Assembly (NCBI GenBank): GCA_964548195.1
Contig: CAZJQC010000007.1
Coordinates: 3,219 to 67,218, forward strand
Source of the DNA: an uncultured bacterium
Lineage (GTDB): Bacteria; Macinerneyibacteriota; Macinerneyibacteria; Macinerneyibacteriales; DSCS01
Direction of reading: 5' to 3'
DNA length: 64,000 nt
Part shown: positions 8,904 to 18,980 of the stretch, piece by piece
Numbering within the stretch: the stretch's first letter is position 1
Layout of the letters: each line of letters opens with the position of its first letter
The notes under the pieces: model-generated
What the model was told of the DNA's origin: nothing
Database searches by the model: none
What the model saw: the letters and a program-made list of their open reading frames with translations, nothing else
Translations under genes and position numbers: made by a program

Positions 8904-10181
8904 TCAGAACGAATAACCTATGCCGATATCCCACTGGCTCATGCCTATGGTGATATCCCTTTCCAAACCCATAAAAGCTGATATGGGGTCGGGGCCGGTC
9001 ACTTCGTTTTTAAAGGCGTGTGTGACAGATATGTCTATTCTGTTGTCGCCCTCCGTCACAACAGACCAACCCATGCTCAGATGATGCTCGACCACACCGG
9101 GCGCCAGGATATTGAACAGCAGCTGGTCTTCCGACACAGGCTGCCTGGCGTATGAGTATCCGGCGATCAGCTCGTGTCTTTCTGAAATATTGTAAATCAG
9201 CCCCATTTTATACACAGTCATGTCATCCCATCCGAAACCGGCGCCCTCGTCATCGCCCAGCGGCACAAAATCAGGATTAGGGGACATGTCGGGCATCATG
9301 GGAAAGATGCGCGAGGGATCCATGCCGTTGCCTATGGCGCTGACGTCGCTGTAGTATATCATCTGCACATCCGTAAGCAATGTCAGCCGGCCGCCGATCT
9401 TATACGCGATGCCGGCAGTCCACGAAGCGGGGATGTCAAAGTCGCCCTGTTCCGCGAACAAGCCCTTATACTCGTCAAATCCGCTCATATTTATCCTGCT
9501 CTGGTAATACAGTCCCATGGATATGTTGCGGCTCAAAGCGCCGCGGTAGCCGACTTTAAACCCTAAGCCCGTCGCCGAAGAATAACCGTTGTCGTTGAGC
9601 GAATCGGGATACGCGGATGAATAGGCAAAAGCGCTCAACCCCTCCGCTTTAAACCTTTGATAGGCGAAGATGGCGGATACGCCCACAGAATGGTGCGGCG
9701 AAATAGCGGACGCATAAGTCAACCCGGTGAATATCTGAGCCAGGTCCACACCTGTTGTCTCTTCAGCTTCGATGCCGGTGGAAGGGTCCGGCACATAGGT
9801 GTTGACCGGATAATCAGTGTTCATGCCGCCGTTGCCGTAAACCGAAAGGTTCACCACCCCGTTCTTTCCGGCTATGAAAGACGCGCCCAGCGACGGCATC
9901 AGAAAAAATTCAGAGCCGCTTTTGACTGTCTCCTCGCCCTCCAGCGTATATTCCCTCGCAGGCATAAACGCGGCCAGTGACACCTCATAACCGCTTCCCA
10001 GTTCCGTTATCGCCGCGGGGTTGTTTGCGGAGCCCAGAAAACTCAGCCCCATAGCCGCCCCCGCCCCTGCGGCGCTCTTGCTTCTCATACCGTATCCGTG
10101 TGAAAAATACCCGTTGGTGGCTTCGGCCGCTGATACCAGCGCAAAGAGAGACACAAAAAGCACAATTACAGTCTTTTTCAT
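8904..10181 (-). CDS. OmpP1/FadL family outer-membrane beta-barrel transporter
   Basis: Signal peptide, TNGYFSHGYG...AGAG, NNPAA, YGNGGMNTDY, C-terminal aromatic residue (GIGYSF); start 10181 with SD GAGGAGG. Confidence 0.88.
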   Translation of the reverse strand: MKKTVIVLFVSLFALVSAAEATNGYFSHGYGMRSKSAAGAGAAMGLSFLGSANNPAAITELGSGYEVSLAAFMPAREYTLEGEETVKSGSEFFLMPSLGASFIAGKNGVVNLSVYGNGGMNTDYPVNTYVPDPSTGIEAEETTGVDLAQIFTGLTYASAISPHHSVGVSAIFAYQRFKAEGLSAFAYSSAYPDSLNDNGYSSATGLGFKVGYRGALSRNISMGLYYQSRINMSGFDEYKGLFAEQGDFDIPASWTAGIAYKIGGRLTLLTDVQMIYYSDVSAIGNGMDPSRIFPMMPDMSPNPDFVPLGDDEGAGFGWDDMTVYKMGLIYNISERHELIAGYSYARQPVSEDQLLFNILAPGVVEHHLSMGWSVVTEGDNRIDISVTHAFKNEVTGPDPISAFMGLERDITIGMSQWDIGIGYSF

Positions 10182-10215
10182 ATTTACCTCCTCATAGGCA
10201 TATATTGTTAGCAAC

Positions 10216-10243
10216 ATTATAACATATATTTTCAGTTATTCAA
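10216..10243 (-). promoter_or_regulatory. Predicted promoter of the OmpP1/FadL gene
   Basis: TTGAAT-N16-TATAAT with extended TG. Confidence 0.7.
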
Positions 10244-10280
10244 GCCTTTTGTAAGCATGCTGCTCACTATTTATTTTAAT

Positions 10281-10308
10281 TTGACTGCTCCGGTATTTTC
10301 GCTATAAT
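10281..10308 (+). promoter_or_regulatory. Predicted promoter of ffs-dnaX-ybaB-recR
   Basis: TTGACT-N16-TATAAT. Confidence 0.75.
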
Positions 10309-10319
10309 CAGTCGAGAGT

Positions 10320-10453
10320 CGTGTTGTTTCGGATACTTCGCGTGGATCCCGTGCGATGATTCCCCGTAAACCCCGCCAGGTCCGGAAGGAAGCAACGGTA
10401 GCGGTCAGTCTCATGCGCCGGAACGGTCTGCCCGGAGTATCCGAAAGAGCACG
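10320..10453 (+). ncRNA. ffs: Signal recognition particle RNA (small bacterial type)
   Basis: Helix-8 signature CCAGGTCCGGAAGGAAGCAACGG; about 20-bp closing stem 10320-10340/10433-10453; usual position upstream of dnaX. Confidence 0.92.
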
Positions 10454-10460
10454 GAGGATT

Positions 10461-12035
10461 ATGTCTTATCTTGCCATAGCACGCAAATACCGGCCGGCTT
10501 TGTTTTCCGAAGTCATAGGACAGGAACACATAGTAAGGACGCTCAGAAACGCCATAGACTCTCAGCGCATATCACACGCCTATATGTTTATCGGCCCGAG
10601 GGGCGTCGGCAAGACTTCGGTAGCGCGTATCTTTGCGAAATCCCTTAATTGCGAGGCCGGGCCGTCCGCAGACCCCTGCGGCGCCTGTTCTTCCTGCAAT
10701 GATATCGCCAACGGCAGCAGCATCGACGTGATAGAGATAGATGCCGCCTCCAACAGAAAAGTCGAGGAGATGAAGACACTGCTGGACAATGTGCAGTATC
10801 TGCCCGCGGAATCAAGATACAAAATATATATCATAGACGAAGTGCATATGCTTTCCACCCATGCCTTCAATGCCCTGCTCAAGATACTCGAAGAGCCGCC
10901 GGCGCACGTGATCTTTATCTTTGCCACCACAGAACCGGCCAAGATACCCGAGACCATACTTTCGAGATGCCAGCGTTTTATATTCAAACGCATGACCTGT
11001 GAGAACATCATCATACGGCTCATGTCCATAGTCTCGTCGGAGGGCAAGTCCATCGACAAAAAAGCAGCCGCCATGATCGCCCGTGCTGCGGACGGGTCCA
11101 TGAGAGACGCTGAGTCCCTGCTGGATCAGATCATCGCCTATTCGGAGGACGTCATATCCACCGAAGACGTGGAAGAGCTTACCGGCGCTCTTGAGGAAAA
11201 CATGGCCGCGCAACTTGCAGTCCTCATCGCGGACGGAAAGTTCGACGGTGTGCTTGATCTCGTGGATTCCATTGAATCCAAAGGGGCCGATTTCAACAAT
11301 ATCATGCAGAAGATGACAAGACTCTACCGTGATGTCCTGGTATATGGCATATCGGGCGGTTCCGCCCTGCTGTTTGGAACGGCGGATACGGCCACGCTGG
11401 AGCGCATATTCCGCGAGACCGGCGAATTGAAACTCACTTTGTTCAACGACATACTGTCAGAATCACAAAACCGGTTCAGGCATGTCAAAGACAAAAGGGT
11501 GTATTTTGAGTTCACTCTATACAAGCTTGTCAATGCGGAAGCCCTCTTTTCAGGTGAAACATCTGACGCAGCGGCGCCGCCGGAAAGCCGCCGCCCCGGA
11601 CAAGGCCAAAGCCCTCCCGCAAAACCGCCGAAAAACAACGCGCCCGCGAAAAAAGAAGCCTCTTCCAATACGCCGCCGGACAATGCTGACAAATTGAAGG
11701 ACGCGGTACTCTCATTCGCCGATGAAGGCGACACGCTCACGGCGATACTTGATACGGCGAGATTTGCCGTTAATGCGAAAGGCATACTTTACATAGGCTG
11801 GGAATCCGAATATTATTACAATCAGGGCAATAAAAGGCTTGAGGACATAGAGAAGCTGATAAGAAAATATGACGGCGGCATACCCTTCAAGTTATGCCAT
11901 ATCAAAAAAAAAACCGGTGAAAAGCGACAGCAGAAAAAACCCGGGGCCAATAACCTCATCTCAGAAAAAATACTGACTTTTAAAAACACATTTGAAGGCG
12001 AGATCATCGAACAAAGGAGGAATGAGGATGTTTAA
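10461..12035 (+). CDS. dnaX: DNA polymerase III subunit gamma/tau
   Basis: MSYLAIARKYRP, GPRGVGKT, zinc site, IDAASN, KIYIIDEVHML, SRC; start 10461 with SD GGAGG (the track start overlaps SRP RNA). Confidence 0.96.
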   Translation: MSYLAIARKYRPALFSEVIGQEHIVRTLRNAIDSQRISHAYMFIGPRGVGKTSVARIFAKSLNCEAGPSADPCGACSSCNDIANGSSIDVIEIDAASNRKVEEMKTLLDNVQYLPAESRYKIYIIDEVHMLSTHAFNALLKILEEPPAHVIFIFATTEPAKIPETILSRCQRFIFKRMTCENIIIRLMSIVSSEGKSIDKKAAAMIARAADGSMRDAESLLDQIIAYSEDVISTEDVEELTGALEENMAAQLAVLIADGKFDGVLDLVDSIESKGADFNNIMQKMTRLYRDVLVYGISGGSALLFGTADTATLERIFRETGELKLTLFNDILSESQNRFRHVKDKRVYFEFTLYKLVNAEALFSGETSDAAAPPESRRPGQGQSPPAKPPKNNAPAKKEASSNTPPDNADKLKDAVLSFADEGDTLTAILDTARFAVNAKGILYIGWESEYYYNQGNKRLEDIEKLIRKYDGGIPFKLCHIKKKTGEKRQQKKPGANNLISEKILTFKNTFEGEIIEQRRNEDV

Positions 12036-12342
12036 CAACGGAAACATGAAAAATATGATGAAGCAAGCCCAAAAGATGCAGCAAAAGATCCTCGAAGAGC
12101 AGAAAAAACTTGAATCCGAGACCATGGAGGCGCAATCCGGCGGCGGCATGATAAAGGTGACGGTAAACGGCAGAAAGGAACTGCTTTCCATAGAGATAGC
12201 CGATGAGGTGATCGACCCCGGCGATAAGGACATGCTGCAGGACCTCATTATAGCCGCTGTAAACGAGGCAAATTCAAAGATGGACGAATTCATCAGCGAA
12301 AAGATGGAAGAGATCGCGGGGCCGCTTGCCGGTTTGTTATGA
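12028..12342 (+). CDS. ybaB: YbaB/EbfC nucleoid-associated protein
   Basis: MMKQAQKMQ, SGGGMIKV, DMLQDLIIAAVNEA; between dnaX and recR. Confidence 0.93.
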   Translation: MFNNGNMKNMMKQAQKMQQKILEEQKKLESETMEAQSGGGMIKVTVNGRKELLSIEIADEVIDPGDKDMLQDLIIAAVNEANSKMDEFISEKMEEIAGPLAGLL

Positions 12343-12920
12343 CTGACTCGCTCGGCAGACTCATCAAGCTTTTGAGAATATTTCCCGGTGTCGGGGAAAA
12401 AAGCGCGAAACGGATGGCGTTTTTTCTTCTGAAACTGGATCACAAGATGATAGATGATTTTTCACAGGCTTTTATTTCCCTGAAAGACATGAAAAAGTGC
12501 CCGGTGTGCGGCATGTACACGGATGAAGACCTGTGTCATTTCTGTACCTCCGAACTGCGCGATGACAGGTCTATTTGCGTGGTGGAAGATTTTCAGGACG
12601 TCGAGGCCATTGAACAGACGGGCATATACAACGGACGTTATCACATACTGGGAGGCCATGTCTCACCCGTGGAAGGCGTCTTTTTTTCGGACCTTAACAT
12701 AGACTCATTGTTCGACAGGCTTGAAGGGGTCGAAGAGATCATCATCGCGACAAATCCCACCCTTGAGGGAGAGGCTACCTCGACATATATAGCCGAACAT
12801 CTGAGAGACCGCGGCGTAAAGGTCACGCGTCTTGCCACCGGTCTGCCCGCCGGAGGCGATCTCAGCGTGCTCAGTTCCACCACGGTAAGAAATTCACTTC
12901 AAAACCGCACGTCCAACTGA
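12339..12920 (+). CDS. recR: Recombination mediator RecR
   Basis: PGVGEKSAKRMAF, C4 zinc finger, YHILGG, TNPTLEGEAT, RLATGLPAGG. Confidence 0.96.
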   Translation: MTDSLGRLIKLLRIFPGVGEKSAKRMAFFLLKLDHKMIDDFSQAFISLKDMKKCPVCGMYTDEDLCHFCTSELRDDRSICVVEDFQDVEAIEQTGIYNGRYHILGGHVSPVEGVFFSDLNIDSLFDRLEGVEEIIIATNPTLEGEATSTYIAEHLRDRGVKVTRLATGLPAGGDLSVLSSTTVRNSLQNRTSN

Positions 12921-12923
12921 TAA

Positions 12924-13889
12924 TCAAAGGGATTCTATCGAATCAAACACCATTTCGGCGGAGATGCCTCGCAGGCATGTGTTCTCTTTCAGCCTGCACT
13001 TATGTCGTCCGCAACGCACGCATACTCCCGCAGGCCCGACCACCGCGGAGCTGGCGGAAAGAGGCCCCACGACCGCCGGGTCGGTGGAACCGAACAGTGC
13101 GACCGTCGGAACGCCCATTATGTCGGCAAGATGCATGGCGCCGTTGTCCACAGAGACAACAAAGCCGGCGTTTTTTATAAAGGCGGCGAGCTGTCCGACG
13201 CCGGTAAGCCCTATAAGGTCCTTATGAGGATAGCCGGCCTCTCGCAGTTTCACTGAAATGGCTTTGTCCGAGGGTGATCCCATAAAAACGGGGAGACAGC
13301 CCCTCTTATCATATATCATTCTCCCCAGCGAAAGCCAGCTGTCCATATCCCACATCTTCGAGGGCCTCGTAGTCCCGGGAAAAAGCAATGCGTACTTACC
13401 ATACGCGGCGCACGGTTTTTCCGGCCCCGCATTGATCTCAACTCCCGTATCGGGGAGAGAAATGCCCATCGCCTCCGCGTACTTGAGGGCTTTATGGGTA
13501 ATATGAACGGTATCCTCCCCCATGGGCACCTTGTCAATATGAAGGCCGCTTACGAGCGGGACGGATGAGGAAAAAACCCTTGCGGCGCCCGACTGCCTTG
13601 CCAATCTGTGCGTGAACTTCGAATTCCTCAGCAGCAGTATGGTCTCGGCCCCGAAATCCCGTATCTCCGAGGCGACTCTGGCGTAATTGAAAATATTGTC
13701 GCTGGCGCCTCTGAATATCCAGCGGTCCACACCATTGATGAGTCGGCGCACGCCCTTCCCCTTTTCCCCTGCGCAGACAGCCAGTCTTCCCGAAAAAGAC
13801 TGCCTGACCGCGTCGATCAGAGGAGCCGTCATAAGTATGTCGCCGAAATAATTAAGTGTTACGATTAAAATCCCTGATGGTCTTTTCAT
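12924..13889 (-). CDS. Glycosyltransferase family 9 (LPS heptosyltransferase-like)
   Basis: LNYFGDIL, PGTTRPSKMW, VDNGAMHLA, ALFGST. Confidence 0.88.
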   Translation of the reverse strand: MKRPSGILIVTLNYFGDILMTAPLIDAVRQSFSGRLAVCAGEKGKGVRRLINGVDRWIFRGASDNIFNYARVASEIRDFGAETILLLRNSKFTHRLARQSGAARVFSSSVPLVSGLHIDKVPMGEDTVHITHKALKYAEAMGISLPDTGVEINAGPEKPCAAYGKYALLFPGTTRPSKMWDMDSWLSLGRMIYDKRGCLPVFMGSPSDKAISVKLREAGYPHKDLIGLTGVGQLAAFIKNAGFVVSVDNGAMHLADIMGVPTVALFGSTDPAVVGPLSASSAVVGPAGVCVRCGRHKCRLKENTCLRGISAEMVFDSIESL

Positions 13890-14889
13890 ATGCCTCTATA
13901 GTCCTTTCATACATCGTATTCAATGAGAATCGCGACCTGTAATCCGAATAGGCCTCTTCCGCCATGCGGCCTCTTATGGAGGGATCGGATGCCCTTTTGA
14001 TGCACCCGGCAAGCGCCGCCGGGTCTTCAGGCGTAAAGAGAAATCCGTTCCTTCCGTCATCCACGATCTCAGCCAATCCGCCGGTCCTTGACGCTATTGC
14101 GGGAACACCCGCTGAAAAAGCCTCGATCACACTGAGGCCGAATCCCTCTTTGCGCGACGGTTGTATAAGGAGGTCGGATGCCGATATCTCGGACCTGACA
14201 TCCTCCATAAAACCCGCGAAGACGACCCTGTCGGCAATGCCAAGCTTGACGGCAAGGCGTTTCAGATCATCTTTTTCCGCGCCGGTCCCGGCCACGGTAA
14301 GTCTCCACGAAATATCCGGGATGGAGGACAGCGCCTGCAGCAGTATATCAACACCCTTTTCCCGTGAAAGCCGGCCGGCGTATATCATCTTCAAAACGCC
14401 GTCTTCCCCGGCGCGTCTCGGCTGCCCGGTCCATTCGGATACGCCGTGATATATGACAGTCACTCTGTCCGCACGGGCGCCCGAATGTATCAAACCCTTT
14501 TTCACATCTTCCGAGACTGCCAGCATATGGTCCACAAACCTGTAGTCTCTGAAACTGTTCATACCGTGAACTGACGCGACAGACGGGACTCCGAAGAGTC
14601 CGGCCGAGATGCCTCCGAGCACGGAGGCCTTTGAAAGGTTGGCATGGACTATGTCAATGTCATGTCTTCTGATCATGCCGCCGATATTGGCAATATGCAG
14701 GGGGGATATGCTGTTTTTTATCTTCACGATGCGGTCTTCAAGAGCGAATGGCATGTCATCGTTTTCGCCAAAACTGTTGCGGTAAAAACAGACAGTGTGT
14801 CCGCCATCGGCCGACATGCGTGCCAACATCGACACATAACGCTCCGCGCCCCCGAAGTTGGACGAGGATATGACAAATAGTATATTCAT
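13852..14889 (-). CDS. Glycosyltransferase family 4
   Basis: GGAERY, YAGRLSREKG, PSRKEGFGLSVIEA, GGLAEIV. Confidence 0.92.
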   Translation of the reverse strand: MNILFVISSSNFGGAERYVSMLARMSADGGHTVCFYRNSFGENDDMPFALEDRIVKIKNSISPLHIANIGGMIRRHDIDIVHANLSKASVLGGISAGLFGVPSVASVHGMNSFRDYRFVDHMLAVSEDVKKGLIHSGARADRVTVIYHGVSEWTGQPRRAGEDGVLKMIYAGRLSREKGVDILLQALSSIPDISWRLTVAGTGAEKDDLKRLAVKLGIADRVVFAGFMEDVRSEISASDLLIQPSRKEGFGLSVIEAFSAGVPAIASRTGGLAEIVDDGRNGFLFTPEDPAALAGCIKRASDPSIRGRMAEEAYSDYRSRFSLNTMYERTIEAYEKTIRDFNRNT

Positions 14890-14900
14890 TGGATTTGGGG

Positions 14901-14930
14901 AAAAAGCGGAGCGCCGAACGACGCCCCGCT
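14901..14930 (-). terminator. Terminator after the pilin gene
   Basis: AGCGGGGCG/CGCTCCGCT stem followed by TTTT on the minus strand. Confidence 0.65.
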
Positions 14931-14935
14931 AAAAA

Positions 14936-15331
14936 TCAACTTTCTGTCCAGTTACCGGTCGCGGAATCGTAGCTGACGCCAAGGCCAACCGCATTGCCTC
15001 CGGCGGCGCCGGAAGCTGAGATCACTACATTGTCAGCAGGCGCTGCGCCGCTGACGGTCACGCTGAAATCCCAGTTTGTATCCACAGCGGGATCAAGGTC
15101 CAGATTCAAGGTGCTCTCTATGGCAGCATCATCGGCACAAGCTGAAAAATAGTTATTTCTCTGTTTGTAGACCCTTTCAGCAGTATAGATAGCATCTATA
15201 GTAGCCTTTGCAGTGGCTCTTTTCGCATCCTTCACATAATTCAGATAAAGAGGCACCCCTGCGGCCGCCAGAATTCCCACGATCACAATAACGGTGATCA
15301 ACTCCAAAAGTGTAAAACCTTTTCTATTCAT
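14936..15331 (-). CDS. Type IVa pilin (prepilin with class III signal peptide)
   Basis: MNRKG|FTLLEL, with G-1, F1, E5 and P22; 126-aa mature chain; SD AAAGGAGG. Confidence 0.92.
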   Translation of the reverse strand: MNRKGFTLLELITVIVIVGILAAAGVPLYLNYVKDAKRATAKATIDAIYTAERVYKQRNNYFSACADDAAIESTLNLDLDPAVDTNWDFSVTVSGAAPADNVVISASGAAGGNAVGLGVSYDSATGNWTES

Positions 15332-15361
15332 ACAATCCTCCTTTTACAACATTGTCTCTCA

Positions 15362-15389
15362 ATTATATTTGATAAAACACATGAGTCAA
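15362..15389 (-). promoter_or_regulatory. Predicted promoter of the pilin gene
   Basis: TTGACT-N16-TATAAT. Confidence 0.75.
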
Positions 15390-15396
15390 GTCTTTT

Positions 15397-16458
15397 CTAC
15401 ACATTTTCTTTGTTTAGTTCCGCCAGAAGTTCCCTCGCTTTTTTCGATACCTTTTTTGGGACATTGATCTTAACGGATACAAATTGATCTCCCGATGAAT
15501 AACCCCTCTGCGAGGCTATGCCCTTGCCCTTCATGCGGAACACCTTTCCGCTTTCGGTGCCGGGAGGTATTTTCAGCTCCGCCTGCCCCGTAAGTGTGGG
15601 AACAGTCACTGTTGTGCCCATCACGGCATCGGGAAAACTGATACCGACCTCCACTGCGATGTCATTGCCTTCCCGTTTGAATATCTTATGAGGCTTGACC
15701 CTTATCTCGACGTAAAGATCGCCGTTTGAGCCGCCGTTTGAGCCGGCTTCGCCCTCGCCGCGAAGTTTAAGCACCGACCCGTTGTCGACGCCCGGAGGTA
15801 TATTGATCTCCAGCTTTTTTTCCTTGCGGACCCTGCCCGAACCACCGCAGGTCTTACAGGGGTCCGTTATCAGATGACCCGAACCGTGGCATCTGGGACA
15901 TGCACGGCTCATCATGAAAAAACCGTGGCTGACCTTTACCTGTCCCGAACCGCCGCATTCGGGACATGCCGGAGGCTGTTTGCCCTTTTCCATGCCTGTG
16001 CCTCCGCATGATGCGCAGCCGTCCATCTTCACAAACGATATCTTCTTAGCGGCGCCGTTCACGGCTTCCATGAAATCGATATTCACCGCATACTGAAGGT
16101 CGCGCCCCTTCTGTCCGCGGGAGGAGGCCCTCCTCCCGCCGAAAGAACCGAACAGGTCGCCGAACAGGTCGCCTACCACATCTCCAAGGTCGTTGAAATT
16201 CGAGTAATCGAACCCCCCGCCGTTAAAGCCGCCTTCAAACCCGGCATGGCCGAACTGGTCATACTGTTTTCTCTTGGCAGGGTCACTGAGGACCTGGTAG
16301 GCCTCAGTGACCTCCTTGAACTTTTCTTCGGCTTCCTTGTTTCCAGGGTTCTTGTCAGGATGGTATTTTATAGCCATCTTTCTGTAGGCTTTTTTCACCT
16401 CGTCCTGGGAGGCCGCCTTGTCCAGCCCGAGCAGCTCATAGTAGTCGTTTTTAGCCAT
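15397..16458 (-). CDS. dnaJ: Chaperone DnaJ
   Basis: J-domain HPD, G/F-rich region, four CxxCxGxG repeats. Confidence 0.97.
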   Translation of the reverse strand: MAKNDYYELLGLDKAASQDEVKKAYRKMAIKYHPDKNPGNKEAEEKFKEVTEAYQVLSDPAKRKQYDQFGHAGFEGGFNGGGFDYSNFNDLGDVVGDLFGDLFGSFGGRRASSRGQKGRDLQYAVNIDFMEAVNGAAKKISFVKMDGCASCGGTGMEKGKQPPACPECGGSGQVKVSHGFFMMSRACPRCHGSGHLITDPCKTCGGSGRVRKEKKLEINIPPGVDNGSVLKLRGEGEAGSNGGSNGDLYVEIRVKPHKIFKREGNDIAVEVGISFPDAVMGTTVTVPTLTGQAELKIPPGTESGKVFRMKGKGIASQRGYSSGDQFVSVKINVPKKVSKKARELLAELNKENV

Positions 16459-16465
16459 GATTCAT

Positions 16466-18367
16466 TCAATCCACTTCTTTGAAATCTGCTTCCTGCACAT
16501 CGTCCTTTTTGCCCTCTTCATCATCCCCGGATGTGTTCTCCTGATTGGCCGCAGTCTCTTCCTGCACTTTTTTATATGCCTCTTCCGCAAGCTTAAAGGA
16601 AGCCTGCTGAAGCTCCTCGGAGCGTTTTTTTATCTCTTCCATGTCATCACCCTCGATGACTTCCTTCAGAGACGCTATCTTTTCCTCTATGGCCTTGCGG
16701 TCGTCGTCTCCGATCTTGTCCCCATATTCCTCAAGGGATTTTTCCACGCTGTATATCATCGTGTTGGCGCTGTTGATCGTGTCTATGCGCTCTCTCTTGA
16801 GTTTATCCTCATCCGAATGTTTCTCGGCCTCATCGACCATGCGTTTGACCTCTTCATCCGAAAGTCCTGACGAGGATTTGATGACGATGTTCTGCTCTTT
16901 CCCCGTTGCCAGGTCCTTGGCGCTTACGTTTAATATGCCGTTGGCATCGATATCGAAGGTCACTTCGATCTGCGGGACTCCGCGCGGGGCCGGAGGTATG
17001 CCTGTCAGCTCGAATCTGCCCAGCGTCATGTTGTCCGCGGCCATGGAGCGCTCCCCCTGCAGTATATGTATCTCCACGCCCGGCTGATTATTGGCCGCAG
17101 TGGTAAACACCTGTGACTTTTTGGTCGGGATGGTGGTATTTCTCTGTATGATGCTCGTCATAACGCCGCCCAGTGTCTCAAGTCCGAGTGAAAGCGGCGT
17201 GACGTCCAGAAGCACCATGTCCTTCAACTCGCCTTCGCCGGAGATTATCCCCGCCTGTATCGCCGCGCCTACGGCAACGGCTTCATCGGGGTTCACACTC
17301 ATATTGGGCTCTTTGCCGAAATATTCCTTTACTTTTTTCTGCACCAGAGGCACCCTTGTCGACCCGCCGATGAGTATTACCTCGTCCACATCGCTTTTCC
17401 CCAGCTTCGCGTCGGAAAGGGCCTTTCTGCAGGGTTCGAATGTCGACTCGACCATGTCATAGATCAGCTTTTCAAAATCCGACCTGGTTATGTCGATGCT
17501 CAGATGTTTGGGGCCGGACGCATCGGCTGTCACAAAAGGAAGGTTGATGTTGGTCACAGTGGACGTGGACAATTCCTTTTTTGCCTTTTCGGCCGCCTCT
17601 TTCAACCTTTGAAGAGCCATCTTGTCGTTTCTGAGATCGATGCCCTCCTGTCCCTTAAAGGTGTCGGCAATGTGATTCATCAATATCTGATCGAAGTTGT
17701 CTCCGCCGAGATGCGTGTTCCCGTTGGTCGACAGGACTTCAAGCACCCCGTCCCCCAATTCAAGTATGGAGATGTCAAAGGTCCCGCCTCCAAGGTCATA
17801 AACGGCTATCTTATGGGCATGACCGCTCTGCAGCCCGTAGGCGAGCGCGGCGGCGGTAGGTTCGTTGAGAATGCGTTTTACCTCAAGCCCCGCGATCTTT
17901 CCCGCATCTTTTGTGGCCTGCCTCTGCCTGTCGTTAAAATACGCCGGAACAGTTATGACAGCCTCCTTGACTTCGGTGCCGAGATACTTTTCCGCATCTT
18001 CCTTAAGCTTGCGCAGCACCATCGCCGATATTTCGGGCGGCGTGTGCTCGCGCCCCTCTATTTCCACGGCGACCACATTGTTCGTGCCTGATTTTACCTT
18101 GTAGGGCACCATGGTTATCTCTTCATTTACTTCATCAATAAACCTGCCCATGAACCTTTTGATCGAAAACACGGTGTTCTCGGGATTGGTCACAGCCTGA
18201 CGCTTGGCCAGCTCGCCGATAAGTCTTTCACCGTCTTTCTTAAAAGCAACTACAGAGGGAGTGATCCTGTTGCCTTCCGAACTGACTATGATCCTGGGTT
18301 GTCCGCCCTCCATGACAGCAACCGCGGAGTTTGTCGTACCCAGATCGATACCTATTATCTTGCTCAT
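16466..18367 (-). CDS. dnaK: Chaperone DnaK
   Basis: [24 protein letters not shown]; carries the diderm-type insert after SIKRFMG. Confidence 0.98.
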   Translation of the reverse strand: MSKIIGIDLGTTNSAVAVMEGGQPRIIVSSEGNRITPSVVAFKKDGERLIGELAKRQAVTNPENTVFSIKRFMGRFIDEVNEEITMVPYKVKSGTNNVVAVEIEGREHTPPEISAMVLRKLKEDAEKYLGTEVKEAVITVPAYFNDRQRQATKDAGKIAGLEVKRILNEPTAAALAYGLQSGHAHKIAVYDLGGGTFDISILELGDGVLEVLSTNGNTHLGGDNFDQILMNHIADTFKGQEGIDLRNDKMALQRLKEAAEKAKKELSTSTVTNINLPFVTADASGPKHLSIDITRSDFEKLIYDMVESTFEPCRKALSDAKLGKSDVDEVILIGGSTRVPLVQKKVKEYFGKEPNMSVNPDEAVAVGAAIQAGIISGEGELKDMVLLDVTPLSLGLETLGGVMTSIIQRNTTIPTKKSQVFTTAANNQPGVEIHILQGERSMAADNMTLGRFELTGIPPAPRGVPQIEVTFDIDANGILNVSAKDLATGKEQNIVIKSSSGLSDEEVKRMVDEAEKHSDEDKLKRERIDTINSANTMIYSVEKSLEEYGDKIGDDDRKAIEEKIASLKEVIEGDDMEEIKKRSEELQQASFKLAEEAYKKVQEETAANQENTSGDDEEGKKDDVQEADFKEVD

Positions 18368-18379
18368 TTGCTCCTCCTT

Positions 18380-18979
18380 TTATTTAATCTTTTTTTTTGA
18401 TACTTTTACCCTGGAAGGCCTTATGACCGTTCCATACAACAGATAACCCTTCTGAAACTCCTCGGCGACCAGCTCTTCTTCCTCCTGGCATTCATCCTCC
18501 ACGACCATCATCGCTTCATGAAAGGCGGGATCAAAGGGCTTGCCCAACGCCTCTATGTGTTCGACCCCGTTTTTTGAAAGGATGTCCCTGAACTGCCTGT
18601 CGACCATCTCTATGCCTTTTTTGAAATTATCTATGCAGTCTTTTTCAACCGCGTCCCCGATGCTTTTCAGAGCAAGCTCAAGATTGTCCAGTACGGGGAT
18701 AAGATCCAACACAAGTGACGACACCGCCATCTTTTTATAGCGGCTGTTCTCTTCATGAGACCTTTTTCTGAAATTGTCGAAATCGGCCATGACCCGGGCA
18801 AGTTTGTCATAAAAGACATCCTTTTCGGCTTTAAGAGCCGCGTTCTCCTCCGTCAAAGCCCTGATCTCTTTTTCAAGCCTTTCCCTGACTGCGGCCCTCG
18901 CATTTGATCTCTTCTTTTCGTCTTTTGCCTTTGAGACACCGTCTTCCGCGGCATGTCCGTTGATCTTTTCGTCTTCCAT
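18380..18979 (-). CDS. grpE: Nucleotide exchange factor GrpE
   Basis: [29 protein letters not shown]. Confidence 0.95.
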   Translation of the reverse strand: MEDEKINGHAAEDGVSKAKDEKKRSNARAAVRERLEKEIRALTEENAALKAEKDVFYDKLARVMADFDNFRKRSHEENSRYKKMAVSSLVLDLIPVLDNLELALKSIGDAVEKDCIDNFKKGIEMVDRQFRDILSKNGVEHIEALGKPFDPAFHEAMMVVEDECQEEEELVAEEFQKGYLLYGTVIRPSRVKVSKKKIK

Positions 18980-18980
18980 C

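Noticed and set aside
11649-11655. AAAAAAG in dnaX resembling the E. coli -1 frameshift heptamer
   Set aside because: It is phased AAA-AAA-G rather than A-AAA-AAG, so it is out of register for tandem tRNA slippage.
14936-15331. Pilin as an electrically conductive (e-pilin) candidate
   Set aside because: The positional aromatics fit, but only 11 of 126 residues (8.7%) are aromatic and there are aromatic-free gaps of 24 and 31 residues, outside the usual criteria. The concept is also contested.
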